From a virus: 64,000 nt of DNA. The translations under genes were made by a program, and so were the position numbers. Below are positions 27,120-37,497 of this stretch, one piece after another. The notes below the pieces were generated by a model, which was not told where the DNA came from, ran no database searches, and saw only the letters and a list, made by a program, of their open reading frames with translations. Numbering within the stretch: the stretch's first letter is position 1; the number at the start of each line of letters is the position of its first letter. The stretch is from the IMG/VR virus record IMGVR_UViG_3300033816_000195, positions 1-64,000 of that record; one strand, 5' to 3'.

Positions 27120-30100
27120 TTATCTATTATTATAATTGTAATTATTTATTGCTCTTGATTGATCAAAGAAACCACCTTCACCTGTAATATTATCAAATAC
27201 AAAACTTGTAAGATCATTACCATAAGATGTTTCATAGTCTACTAATCTATTTTCTAATTCTGTATTTGTATTAGGGTCATATACACCAGATGTTATTTCT
27301 ACTGAATAAGGTGATAATCCAAAATCATTTTTTGAAATTGTTAATGTATTTTTTGGATTTAATGGATCATTATAAACATAAGGTTTACCTGTATAGTCTA
27401 TTACAGCTGATATTGGGTCTACGGTAGATTCTTGATACAATGTAGTTCCTGATAGTTGTTCTTTAGGTACCATAAACTGTACTCCATTTTGCTGTAGCTC
27501 AGCTTTCTTCTCATCACCAACATTAAGAGATTTAATATAGGCATCTGGTAGTTTTATTATTACTCCAGAATATTTTATATCACCTGCAGATATTGGTTTA
27601 TAAGCAATACCAAATTCAGTAAGAGTATTATCTTTTGTATACTTTCCTTTAGCATTTTTAAGATCTGTTAGTATTTGTTGTACTAGAGGAACATCTTTAC
27701 CTTCAGCAACATGACCATGTGCCCAAGCAGAAGCACTTGAACCAAAAGTAGATACTCTAATATTTTTGGTATCACCTAAATCTAAATTACTTAGTGTATT
27801 TAACATTTCATATCCTTTAGCTGCAACAGGTCCCATGCTCTTTGTATTAATATTATAGTACTTCATTTTATTAGTATAAAGTCCTGTACCAGCCTCAGTA
27901 ATTGCACTAATTCCTGGAGGAGCTTTTTTAATTACAGAAGAATTTGTAAATGCTTTATTGGCTTTTTCAACAAGTTTATTATAGTTTAACTCATCACCAT
28001 AAGCTGAAGAATTTACTGGATATTTACCAGAAGCAAATCCTATTGTTACAGTTCTTGCTGGTCTATTTCTTGCACCTTCATAGTAAGCAGGCATCCTATA
28101 ATCAGTTTTTCTAGGAGCAACTACTTTTGTTTTAGTAACATATTTATCTTTTATAGCATCAGGTATACTTTTATAATATTCAGCTTCCGATTTAATATTA
28201 CCATACTCATCAAATAAATAATTTGCTCCATCTTGTGTCTTTGAATCAAGTCTAACCATTTCAGCTGTTACACCTTTTATAGCATCTTTTTTCCACTTTT
28301 CAGCAAGTTTATCATATTCTATATAACCACTAATAGCAGCACTATTTTTTCTAACAGCTGCATATAAAGGTGTAGGTTTACCACCAACTTGAATTTCTGA
28401 TAAGTTAGGATTTTGAGCAACAAATTCATTTAACTTATTAGACATATTGTCTATTTCAAGTGCTTTAGGACCTGTACGTGAACTTATTCCTTTAAATATA
28501 TCTTGAGATGCACTAGCAATTTCTGAATAAACTTTATCATCAAAACTACCTAAAAGTGCAGCAGCTTCTTTAGCAGGAATTTTACCATCTCTTACTGCTT
28601 GATACAAAGACATACCACTTTTTACATCATATTTTTTTCTTATATCTTTTGTAAGTATATGAGATTCTGAAGCATCTACATTAGGAAGGTAAGCTGACAT
28701 TTGAGCAAAATAGTCTTTTCCTTTTTCATATCTATCAACAGCTAATAATTGTTCTTGTAATATATTTGCTGCTTGCTCTTTGCTCATCTTATTATTTCCA
28801 GTTAATGTAGCAATAAGAGCACCGGCACTTTGTAGATAATTCTTTACAGGAATAAACTGATCTTTCTTAACTTGATTAGCAAAGTCCAGCATATTAATTT
28901 CATTTGTAACATTACCCTCTCTATCTGTTATAGTTACACCAGTAGTTTCACTTTCTTTTTCTCTAGCTACTCTACCTACTACATTACCATTAGCATCAGT
29001 AATAGGTTCCCATGTATGGGTACCTCTTTCTTCAACTAACCATTTATCTAATGCTTCTTTTTTAGCAAGTCCAGATTTATACTCGGCAACTCTCTTTGCA
29101 GAAGCTTCTTTTGCACCAATCTCTTTGAGATTGTACATATGCTTGTCTTCCATTACTTTATATGGGTTAGACTCTAAATCTGTTTTAGCATCTTTATAAG
29201 CAAATATTTGAGCAGCTTCATTTAAGTCTTTTGACATAAGCATACTGGCTACACCAGAATCTACTTTAAATCTTAAAGTATTTAGGTCACCATAAGGATT
29301 TCTAAATCCACCTTCAGTAGATGGTGTACTTGACATACCATTATTTAGAGTCTTGCCTTGTTGTTCTACTGATGATAATACTTTAGCATTAATATCTCGG
29401 TTCATTTCTAATTGAGCTATCTCTAACTCTGTTCCAGGGTTTGCTGTTTTATTAGCAACCTGTTTCTTTAAATCATCTATTCTATTATTATATACTGTAT
29501 TTTGTGCTTGTAAACCTTTGTATCTTAATTCATTTTGTCTTTTAAGTATTGTAAACTTATCTTCAAGATACTTCATTTCTGCAGCATTCTCATCATTATT
29601 AAATAAAGCAGCATTAGACTTAGCATAATCTTTTCTATCAACATAAGCTTGTGTATTATATACAGCTTGTATTCCAGGATCATTACCTAATCTTGCTTCA
29701 AATAATTTACTTAATGGTTCTATTAATTGTTCACCATTTTTATTTTTAATAATCCATCTACCATCAGGACTAAACTTTACTGACTCAATAGATAATCCAG
29801 CTTCTTTAGCTACATCTTGAGCTACAGACATAGCATTTACATATGGAGTATATGTAGCATTTCCAAAACTCATAGCTGTTGCATCATCTGCTTTTTTAAA
29901 TTCTTCTCTTTTATAATCTAGTTCTCTTAAACCTACATCCCAATATCTATCTTGTAATTTTTCATCATAAGCATTTTTAAAAGATTCTCCTTTAGATCTT
30001 TCCGTCATATAATTTTTAGTCCAGGCCATATCTTTTACTAAGCCTTTATCTTCATATAATGGTTTAAATATTTGTGTAGCTTGATTTACATTTTGCTCTA

Positions 30101-30353
30101 ATGATAAATCCATTTGAGAAATTCTTTTTAAATCAAACTCAGCTTGTTTTAAATAAGTATCTCTTTTATTAATATTACCATCTCTAGTTAAATCTGCATG
30201 GTATAATTTACCATACATATTATTTAATGCCTTCCAATTATTATCATACTGAGTTTGTTTTGTCTGCAAAACATTTGCATAAAAATTTAAGTCAGGTTGA
30301 AAGGGTTGAAACTGAGGTATATAATCTGTGACGCCTTGTAAATACGTTGCCAT
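27120..30353 (-). CDS. virion cargo/ejection protein
   Basis: 1077 aa, Cys-free and coiled-coil rich. The MATYLQGVTDYIP…QPDL N-terminus is typical of crAss-like cargo genes upstream of the RNAP cluster. Confidence 0.65.
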   Translation of the reverse strand: MATYLQGVTDYIPQFQPFQPDLNFYANVLQTKQTQYDNNWKALNNMYGKLYHADLTRDGNINKRDTYLKQAEFDLKRISQMDLSLEQNVNQATQIFKPLYEDKGLVKDMAWTKNYMTERSKGESFKNAYDEKLQDRYWDVGLRELDYKREEFKKADDATAMSFGNATYTPYVNAMSVAQDVAKEAGLSIESVKFSPDGRWIIKNKNGEQLIEPLSKLFEARLGNDPGIQAVYNTQAYVDRKDYAKSNAALFNNDENAAEMKYLEDKFTILKRQNELRYKGLQAQNTVYNNRIDDLKKQVANKTANPGTELEIAQLEMNRDINAKVLSSVEQQGKTLNNGMSSTPSTEGGFRNPYGDLNTLRFKVDSGVASMLMSKDLNEAAQIFAYKDAKTDLESNPYKVMEDKHMYNLKEIGAKEASAKRVAEYKSGLAKKEALDKWLVEERGTHTWEPITDANGNVVGRVAREKESETTGVTITDREGNVTNEINMLDFANQVKKDQFIPVKNYLQSAGALIATLTGNNKMSKEQAANILQEQLLAVDRYEKGKDYFAQMSAYLPNVDASESHILTKDIRKKYDVKSGMSLYQAVRDGKIPAKEAAALLGSFDDKVYSEIASASQDIFKGISSRTGPKALEIDNMSNKLNEFVAQNPNLSEIQVGGKPTPLYAAVRKNSAAISGYIEYDKLAEKWKKDAIKGVTAEMVRLDSKTQDGANYLFDEYGNIKSEAEYYKSIPDAIKDKYVTKTKVVAPRKTDYRMPAYYEGARNRPARTVTIGFASGKYPVNSSAYGDELNYNKLVEKANKAFTNSSVIKKAPPGISAITEAGTGLYTNKMKYYNINTKSMGPVAAKGYEMLNTLSNLDLGDTKNIRVSTFGSSASAWAHGHVAEGKDVPLVQQILTDLKNAKGKYTKDNTLTEFGIAYKPISAGDIKYSGVIIKLPDAYIKSLNVGDEKKAELQQNGVQFMVPKEQLSGTTLYQESTVDPISAVIDYTGKPYVYNDPLNPKNTLTISKNDFGLSPYSVEITSGVYDPNTNTELENRLVDYETSYGNDLTSFVFDNITGEGGFFDQSRAINNYNYNNR

Positions 30354-30375
30354 AATTGATTCTTATTATCTATTG

Positions 30376-30407
30376 TAAAACTATCAAAATTTTATAAGTT
30401 TAATAAA
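30376..30407 (-). promoter_or_regulatory. putative Bacteroidota-type promoter TTTA-N20-TAGTTTTA
   Basis: Has -33/-7 architecture and spacing like TTTG-N19-21-TAnnTTTG. Lies upstream of the 1077-aa gene. Confidence 0.45.
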
Positions 30408-30417
30408 CTTTTAAAGT

Positions 30418-32625
30418 TTAGTAAAACATAAATGGAAAAACTGTATCACCCATTACATATGCTCCGCCATTAGCAAATTGTCCACCATATCTACCAACAT
30501 CAAAATTTTGTTTAAATAACATTTCTTGCATCTTTGGACTTAGACCAGAACCTTGTAATTCATATGCAAAATCTAAGGCATCTTTTTGTTTAGTACCTGG
30601 ATCAACAGTTTTATCAGTCGCTACATAATCTACAAAACCACCTGATTCAGGATCAATTTGATAATTAGGGGTCATTTGGTTAAGAGCATCTGTTTGTGCC
30701 GCATTAGTAGTTGCTGTGTTATATGCTTGAGCAAGATTGCCTCTTAAAGCCATTTTAGAATTATCATACTGTTGATTAGCAATAGCATTTTCATTTCCTA
30801 ATTGTTTAGTCAACTGATTATTCAGCATGTTATATTGGTTTCTTAAAGCACCTAATCCTTGTTTATATTGATTAGCAATACCCACATTAGCATTATCATA
30901 TTGACTAGACACATCAGCAACACCTTTTGATAACTTACCTTGCATTGCAGCTAAAGTAGCTCTATTTGCAGGACCAGCAGCTGTTGAAGAAACAGCCTTA
31001 GCTAATTGTGCAGTAGCTTCATTTTGTCCAGCAATGTTTCTTGTAGGATCTAAATAGTTTACTCCATACTCTATAGGTTGCATTCTTTGTGTAATAGGTA
31101 AGTATTTTTTTAATCCCATTAGATTTGCAAATGCATTAGCAGTATTTATAGTATCTTGTAAATAAAAACCTGATCTTCTTCTTGGTGGGGCAAAACCAGG
31201 ATCATATTCTGACTCTGCAGTATACTCATCACATAGACATTTACCATCTACCATAGGTGTCTCAACTTCATTACCATTTTCATCAGGGCAATAACATTTT
31301 TGAACAGGAGCGTTAGGATTTTCTATAACTTTTGGATCCTCTTCCTTTTTAGCTAAAGGATCTAATTGTCTAACTCCAAAATAATTATCTACATAAGCTT
31401 CTTGTAATTTCCCTAATAGTTCTGGATCTTTAAGCATTTCTTCTGTAAATGTACCAGTTTTATTTTGGCTAAGTGCTCTAAGTTTAGAGCTTTCCATTCC
31501 TTTATTTGTTAGACCAAATTCTTGCCACATTGATCTAATAGCATCTGGATTATTTTTTAAAGACCATTCATAGATAGCTTTTTGAGCTTGTCCTTCTGAC
31601 ATATCTTTAATACCAGGTATATCAGCTTCCCATTGTCCTAGATAATCTTCAAGCTTTTGATCTCTATCACTAAACTTATTTTGTTTACCAGTTGGTGTAA
31701 TATTACCTTTTTTAGTTTTAGCTTTCTCATATGGTGTTATAGCTCCTGGAGCAGCTTTAGGTAAGTAACCTCCATAAGCCATTTCAACAGGATTGTAAGG
31801 AAAGAAATAATCTTCCATAGGATATCCTCCGTAAGCCATCATTTGCTCTTGTCCCATTTGCATCATTTGTTCATCTTGCATAGGTTGAGCAATAGGTTCT
31901 CCACTTGGCATTTCTGAAGGCATCTGATTTCCTTGTTCTACTTCTTCATAATCTGCATACTCTTCAGTAGGTTGCTGCTGTGGTTGGGCTTTTTGTGGTA
32001 ATAACTCCTCTTCAGAAATACCATTTGCTTCCATATAAGGTTTAGAAATCAAAGGTATCTCTTGTGGAAAACCTTTCATAGATTCTTGAATTAATGCTAA
32101 TTCTCCTAACTTCATTGTATAGTTTTTTAGCATCATTTCAGCAGTCTTTCTTTCTAATTTATCTGAGTCAGGATCTTGTAGAATTTTTCTATAAGGATTT
32201 AAATCATACTTTTTAGATATAGCCGCAGGAGTATACCCACCATCTTTAGGTGATAAACCAAATTTTTTAAGTATAGCAGGATCCTTTATTTTCATTGCCT
32301 TAGTATCACTGAAAATAAAACTATCATCTGGTAAATTTAAAGGAGTACCTCCTTCATAATGTCTTTTACCACCAATTGTATAAAATGCAGGCATATTACT
32401 ACCATCATTAGTAACAACTGTTTCATTCTTTTCAGCTTCTAGATTAGCTCCTTCTCTTGCAACAGGTTGCAAAGTTCTACTAACTTTAGTTTGAGGTTTT
32501 CCTATATAAGCATTATAGTCAGCACCACCAAAGGCAGGTACGTCATTTGCTAATGCACCTTGAACTTGATAACCAGTTCTAGCTTGTTTTAAACCAGGAA
32601 CTTTTTTAATTCTTACTTTTATCAT
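30418..32625 (-). CDS. virion cargo protein (xxGG-motif rich)
   Basis: 735 aa with an NLEAEKNE…GKRHYEGG domain, a Q/M-rich low-complexity region, CxC…CxC and an N/Q-rich helical C-terminus. Confidence 0.65.
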   Translation of the reverse strand: MIKVRIKKVPGLKQARTGYQVQGALANDVPAFGGADYNAYIGKPQTKVSRTLQPVAREGANLEAEKNETVVTNDGSNMPAFYTIGGKRHYEGGTPLNLPDDSFIFSDTKAMKIKDPAILKKFGLSPKDGGYTPAAISKKYDLNPYRKILQDPDSDKLERKTAEMMLKNYTMKLGELALIQESMKGFPQEIPLISKPYMEANGISEEELLPQKAQPQQQPTEEYADYEEVEQGNQMPSEMPSGEPIAQPMQDEQMMQMGQEQMMAYGGYPMEDYFFPYNPVEMAYGGYLPKAAPGAITPYEKAKTKKGNITPTGKQNKFSDRDQKLEDYLGQWEADIPGIKDMSEGQAQKAIYEWSLKNNPDAIRSMWQEFGLTNKGMESSKLRALSQNKTGTFTEEMLKDPELLGKLQEAYVDNYFGVRQLDPLAKKEEDPKVIENPNAPVQKCYCPDENGNEVETPMVDGKCLCDEYTAESEYDPGFAPPRRRSGFYLQDTINTANAFANLMGLKKYLPITQRMQPIEYGVNYLDPTRNIAGQNEATAQLAKAVSSTAAGPANRATLAAMQGKLSKGVADVSSQYDNANVGIANQYKQGLGALRNQYNMLNNQLTKQLGNENAIANQQYDNSKMALRGNLAQAYNTATTNAAQTDALNQMTPNYQIDPESGGFVDYVATDKTVDPGTKQKDALDFAYELQGSGLSPKMQEMLFKQNFDVGRYGGQFANGGAYVMGDTVFPFMFY

Positions 32626-32630
32626 TTGTT

Positions 32631-35600
32631 TTAGTATATATATTCTACTTCACCACCATTATTTAAAAATTCTTGAAGTTCTTCTGGTGTCATCATTACT
32701 TCATCTCCTTCTTCCATATCATCATACACACTTCCTCCATCCTCATATATAGGCCCACCAAATTTAACTACTCCTTCAAAACCTTGTTCATCTGGTTTAA
32801 ATAAACCTGTATTAGTATCATAGTTTCCACTATCTATCATTGCTGTTTCAGGAGCAGATGCATCACCATAAAATTCATTATATAAACTTGCTTGCACCTT
32901 TTTTGTATCTCCTATATTTTTAAGTCCAGTAGCTCCAGCTAAAGCAGTATTAAATTGAATATTACCTATTTCTGGATTTAATTCCCACATATTTTTATTT
33001 TTGTAATCTACAGAAACTACTCCAGGTTTTTCACCATACTCTTCTCTCATTTTATCTAATTGAGTATTCAGTAATTGTCTTCCCGCATCTTTAGAAGACA
33101 TAGTTTGCATTCTATCTAATGCAGGTTTAGTTCTGTCATCTTCAGTAACAGGAGTTTCAAAACCATATCGAGCTTGAGGTATTCCGCCAAATCTTTTTTT
33201 ACCAGCAAGTTTTGCATCAACTATCTTTTTAAGTTTAGCTTCTTCTGCTTGTATCTTAAGTGTTAAATCATTTGCTTGTTTATTTACCTCAGATAATTTT
33301 GTTTTTTCAGCTGTTGTTTTATTTGTTTTATTTAATAAAGTCATTTCTTGGTCTCTCAAAGTTTCTAGCTGCTTGTTCATTCTAAAAATAATATTATCTT
33401 GTGTAGAAACATCAGAAAATTGTCTAGCTGCATTCTTAGCATCAGTGTAACTATTATAGTTTCTATTACGATATCTAGCCTCATCCTGTTTTAATTTAGC
33501 AGCTTGTGCTTTTTTTGATTCTTCAGGTGAAAGTGGCTTATAATTATTTCTATTTTCAGAAACATATTTATCATAATCATCAGCTGATACATTTGAACTA
33601 GTAGTAGATTTAGATTTACCAGATGAATTAGATTTTGGTTTACTATATTTTTTCTTATTACTAAACCTTGATTTTTTACTAACTGGTTCAATTAAACCTA
33701 ATTGTTCAGGAGTATATTCTGTTTGATACATCAGATCTTCTTCTGGTACAGGTAATGTATTCTGAAAGTTTTCTGAAAGTTTCATAGCATCATTTACACT
33801 TTGATTATAAAAATCTTGTAAAGGCATTTCTTCTTCAAATGTTTGTTGAGGCATTTGTACAGACTCTTCATCATCATTACCAAGAAAAGATCTGAGTCTA
33901 TCTAAGCGGTCAAATAATTGAGGCATTATTCTTCTCTTTTCTCCACCCGGCTGATAATAACCACCAAATCTAAAAGCAGCTTCATTTCTTCTCCATTCTG
34001 GATAAGCTTCATTTCTCATATTTTGGAGATAGTTAAACATTTCCTTTTGTTCATTATAAGGATTGTTTTTGTTAATCTCAAATTTTGCTTCTGGTGCATT
34101 AGGAGTTGTAGGTAAATCAAAACCTGGTCTACCTGTTTGTACATTTGCTGAACTTTGAGGAGAAGCATTAGCTTTCATTTGTTGCACAGCATTGAATAAA
34201 TTTTCAGTAGATGTACTACTTGGTGAACCTATAGCAGATTGTATAAATGCTGCTAACGGATTAGGTGCTGCAGATGCCGGATTTGCTGCAGAAGGTGTGT
34301 TAGCTTCTGTAAAACTTTCATCTGTTATTGGTTCTCCAGCAGCATTAATTACTGTAGTACCACTTTGTGTTCTACTTGTTGGTTGAGCTTTCCCTTGTAA
34401 ATAATCTAAAGCTGTTGGAGATTGTGTCTGTCCAGTAGGTGCAGATTGTTTTACATCAGGAGCACTAGACTGTCTAGGAGAATTAGAGTAATCAAAAAGA
34501 TTAGATGGATTATTTACCATTTGCTCCAAAGCATTACCTGCAGTTTGTTGATTAGCTACATAGTTTGGATCAGTTGCAGCATTAATAGCCGCCATATTCT
34601 GTGCATTAGGTACCCATTTCTTTTGTTGTTCATTCCATACTAAACCTCTATCTTTTTGTTTTTGTTGGAATTCTGCAATATACTCTTTATCTTCTCCAGG
34701 TGCTTTTACAGTAGATGATGGAGTAAATGAAAAATTTCCATTTCTACTATCATCATATGCATAATCACTACCATAACCTTGCTTAAAAGCTCTTTTTATA
34801 TCACGCTCTTTAACTCTCAAATCTCTGCCAGATAAACCTTGAGTTTCTCTCTGTAAAGTAGATTGTAGATCATTTCCTTTAGGTACATTGCTACCGGCAG
34901 ATGTATTACCTGCGGATGCTAAACTACCTGAAGTAGGTAGATTAATCAGTGGTTTTCCAGAAGCATCTCTGTTTACATTATAATCTATAGTATATCTTCT
35001 AGGAGCTCCTGTTAGCCAATTAGATTTTGTAACATTTATCTTAGCAATACTAGAAGGATCAAACATACCTGTGTAAGGTTGATTGGTTCCTGCTACACGC
35101 ATACCCATTGGTTTTGCCCATGTTCCTGCATAAGTAGCAAATCTCCCTGGAAATATACCAGGACCTCTGTTTCCTAATCTAGGATCATAATACATTCCCG
35201 GAAACTGCCCTCTATTATAACCTGCGTTAAAATAATTAGGATAAGCATTTCTGTTTACATTAGTCTGTGTTCTTGTATTACTTTGAGGATTAGACATACC
35301 AGCCTTTTGAGCTAACTCATACATTTCTTTAGCAGATAGATCATCTCTCAAAGACATACCTAATCTATCTCCTATTTGTTTAGCATAAGAACTATAATCA
35401 TTACCTACTTCTCCTCTTGTTTGATATTTAGTTAAACCACCATTAGCAAAGTAAGCATCTGTTGTATCTTTAGAATAAGTATCATCTAAATCTGCTTGAG
35501 TAAAAGCATCATTACCACCATAAATAAACTTTTGTAAATTTCCGTAAGGATCCATAAATGGATCATTTACTATACCACCTATTTGAAATGGTAATTTAAA

Positions 35601-37439
35601 TTGAAAACCTGCAGGTGGATTAAGTAATTTTTGTCCAGGATTTAACATTCTCTGTCCTGAATTTAACATAGTTTGTCCAGCATTTAACATAGTTTGTCCT
35701 GAAGGTAATGCTGAAGTACCTTTACCTAATAGTTTTGAACCACTATTAACAGCTTGAGATACAGCATTTTTACCAAAATTAATTCCCCAATTAGGTGCAC
35801 CAAATACAAGTGTTTGCACTAAAGCATCATCTGCTTGTGCTGCTTGAGGACCCATACCTAGAGAACCATAATAATTTCTTGGATCATAACCCCTGCTATT
35901 CATTCTTTGAGTAGCTTCAGCAATTAATTCAGAATCAGGTTTCCAACCAGTTTCTCTAGCAGTTTTTTCTAACCAATCTTTTCCTTTTGTAATACCTTGG
36001 TCTAGATACTCAGCACCTCCTCTAATAAGATTCTCAATTCCTGCACCAATACCAAATGGATCTGAAGGAGGAGTAACTACTGGAGTAACTACTGGAGTAA
36101 CTGTTTTAGGAGTAGATTTCTTTTTAGGTTTAGTAATAACTTTTTCTGTAGGTATTTCTTCAGTAGGATCATTAGGATTTTCTACTGGACCCACAGGTAA
36201 ATTTCTACCCATTGCTAGATCTTCTGTTCCTGCACCATCTGGTTGTAAATAATCTGGAATATTATCACTATTATAATCTGCCTCATTCCAATTTTTTGGA
36301 CCAGTAGCGTTATTTGCAGCTTCAGAGTTAGTTGTATTTGCTACTTCTTTTATACTCTCATTATTTACATCTTTACTGATTTGTTCAGTTACAAGTCTAC
36401 CCGGAGTTTTATTTCCAGTAGCTCTCATACCGTGCCCATAACCAGGTAAATAATAACCCATACCCATTCCTGGCATAGGGCTAAATTCCATAGAGTATCT
36501 AGAAGGTCTTCCTGTTAACCAATGGGATCTTGTAACATCTAATTTACTTATAGGTCCCATCATTCCCATTTGTAACATATCAGGAGTAAGACCCATAAAA
36601 GGTGTCATGTAATATGGATTGTTTCTAAAACCTCTTCTTTTATTAAAGCCTAATCTTGCTTGTACTAACTCATTCATAGGATCATGAAACACATCAGTAT
36701 CACCATGAGTATAATGAGTAAAGTCATATGGTTGTTCTTGACCACCATCTTGCATGTATGTATCAAACTGATTTTCTGCTTGTTCTTTTATTACAGCTAA
36801 CTGAGCATTATTCTTAAGATTATTTACAAAAGAACCTTTCATATTATTCCTAACTTCTTCACCAGTTGGATCTGGTGTAGAAGATTGAGTTAGTTGTGTT
36901 GTTCCACCAAGTTCTTTTTTAGCCAGTTTAAGAATATTGTTTACATACTTTCTTCTTTCCTTTTTAAAGTTACCTCCTAATTTAGCTTGAGTAGTTGCAT
37001 TAGGATCTTCATAGTCAGAGTATATTTCTGCATCAAAGTCTGAGTCGTCTCTATCTTCAGCTATAAGATCATTAGAAATTTTAGTTTCATTCTGTTGTGA
37101 AACAGGTTGTGTTACAGGACTATTTGCTATTTCTACTTTGTTAGATTCTGTTGCTTCATCTGTTTCTTCTTCTTCCTCTTCTTCTTTATTTTGAGAAGCA
37201 TACATTTGATATACTTGATCATAGTAACTATTAGCTGAATTAAAATCATTACCTAAAATAGCAAAGAGTTTAACCATAGTTTCTTCTTTAGCTTTTCCTG
37301 AAGCAATATCATTTGCTATAAAATTTACCAATTGTTCTTGAGAAGAAGGAGGTGTTCCACCCATTTGTGCTGTAAATTTTTGTAGTTTACTTACAAACTT
37401 CCCTTTTCCATCTGGTGCTTTAGTTATTCTTACTTTCAT
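32631..37439 (-). CDS. largely low-complexity virion cargo protein (xxGG-motif rich)
   Basis: 1602 aa and Cys-free. Carries many xxGG motifs and a duplicated 'V-T-x-S-x-W-L-T-G-x-P-x-R-Y' unit. Confidence 0.65.
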   Translation of the reverse strand: MKVRITKAPDGKGKFVSKLQKFTAQMGGTPPSSQEQLVNFIANDIASGKAKEETMVKLFAILGNDFNSANSYYDQVYQMYASQNKEEEEEEETDEATESNKVEIANSPVTQPVSQQNETKISNDLIAEDRDDSDFDAEIYSDYEDPNATTQAKLGGNFKKERRKYVNNILKLAKKELGGTTQLTQSSTPDPTGEEVRNNMKGSFVNNLKNNAQLAVIKEQAENQFDTYMQDGGQEQPYDFTHYTHGDTDVFHDPMNELVQARLGFNKRRGFRNNPYYMTPFMGLTPDMLQMGMMGPISKLDVTRSHWLTGRPSRYSMEFSPMPGMGMGYYLPGYGHGMRATGNKTPGRLVTEQISKDVNNESIKEVANTTNSEAANNATGPKNWNEADYNSDNIPDYLQPDGAGTEDLAMGRNLPVGPVENPNDPTEEIPTEKVITKPKKKSTPKTVTPVVTPVVTPPSDPFGIGAGIENLIRGGAEYLDQGITKGKDWLEKTARETGWKPDSELIAEATQRMNSRGYDPRNYYGSLGMGPQAAQADDALVQTLVFGAPNWGINFGKNAVSQAVNSGSKLLGKGTSALPSGQTMLNAGQTMLNSGQRMLNPGQKLLNPPAGFQFKLPFQIGGIVNDPFMDPYGNLQKFIYGGNDAFTQADLDDTYSKDTTDAYFANGGLTKYQTRGEVGNDYSSYAKQIGDRLGMSLRDDLSAKEMYELAQKAGMSNPQSNTRTQTNVNRNAYPNYFNAGYNRGQFPGMYYDPRLGNRGPGIFPGRFATYAGTWAKPMGMRVAGTNQPYTGMFDPSSIAKINVTKSNWLTGAPRRYTIDYNVNRDASGKPLINLPTSGSLASAGNTSAGSNVPKGNDLQSTLQRETQGLSGRDLRVKERDIKRAFKQGYGSDYAYDDSRNGNFSFTPSSTVKAPGEDKEYIAEFQQKQKDRGLVWNEQQKKWVPNAQNMAAINAATDPNYVANQQTAGNALEQMVNNPSNLFDYSNSPRQSSAPDVKQSAPTGQTQSPTALDYLQGKAQPTSRTQSGTTVINAAGEPITDESFTEANTPSAANPASAAPNPLAAFIQSAIGSPSSTSTENLFNAVQQMKANASPQSSANVQTGRPGFDLPTTPNAPEAKFEINKNNPYNEQKEMFNYLQNMRNEAYPEWRRNEAAFRFGGYYQPGGEKRRIMPQLFDRLDRLRSFLGNDDEESVQMPQQTFEEEMPLQDFYNQSVNDAMKLSENFQNTLPVPEEDLMYQTEYTPEQLGLIEPVSKKSRFSNKKKYSKPKSNSSGKSKSTTSSNVSADDYDKYVSENRNNYKPLSPEESKKAQAAKLKQDEARYRNRNYNSYTDAKNAARQFSDVSTQDNIIFRMNKQLETLRDQEMTLLNKTNKTTAEKTKLSEVNKQANDLTLKIQAEEAKLKKIVDAKLAGKKRFGGIPQARYGFETPVTEDDRTKPALDRMQTMSSKDAGRQLLNTQLDKMREEYGEKPGVVSVDYKNKNMWELNPEIGNIQFNTALAGATGLKNIGDTKKVQASLYNEFYGDASAPETAMIDSGNYDTNTGLFKPDEQGFEGVVKFGGPIYEDGGSVYDDMEEGDEVMMTPEELQEFLNNGGEVEYIY
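35615..35700 (-). repeat. 21-bp tandem repeat (x4, degenerate) encoding GQTMLNA/GQTMLNS/GQRMLNP/GQKLLNP
   Basis: Directly visible: atttaacatagtttgtcc occurs twice exactly, plus two degenerate copies. Confidence 0.85.
36069..36102 (-). repeat. 12-bp tandem repeat encoding VTPV-VTPV-VTPP
   Basis: The unit ggagtaactact is repeated. Confidence 0.8.
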
Positions 37440-37455
37440 AATAACGTGTTATATA

Positions 37456-37487
37456 CTAATATACTAAAATTTAATTTAATGAGTAAA
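37456..37487 (-). promoter_or_regulatory. putative promoter TTTA-N20-TATATTAG
   Basis: Shares the exact 13-mer TTTTAGTATATTA with 49315-49327 and has Bacteroidota-like spacing. Confidence 0.55.
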
Positions 37488-37497
37488 CTTTAAAAAT

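Noticed and set aside
35615-36102. Tandem repeats as a possible CRISPR array or DGR repeat
   Set aside because: They are short in-frame coding repeats without unique spacers. No cas or reverse transcriptase gene and no adenine-specific TR/VR pair were seen.
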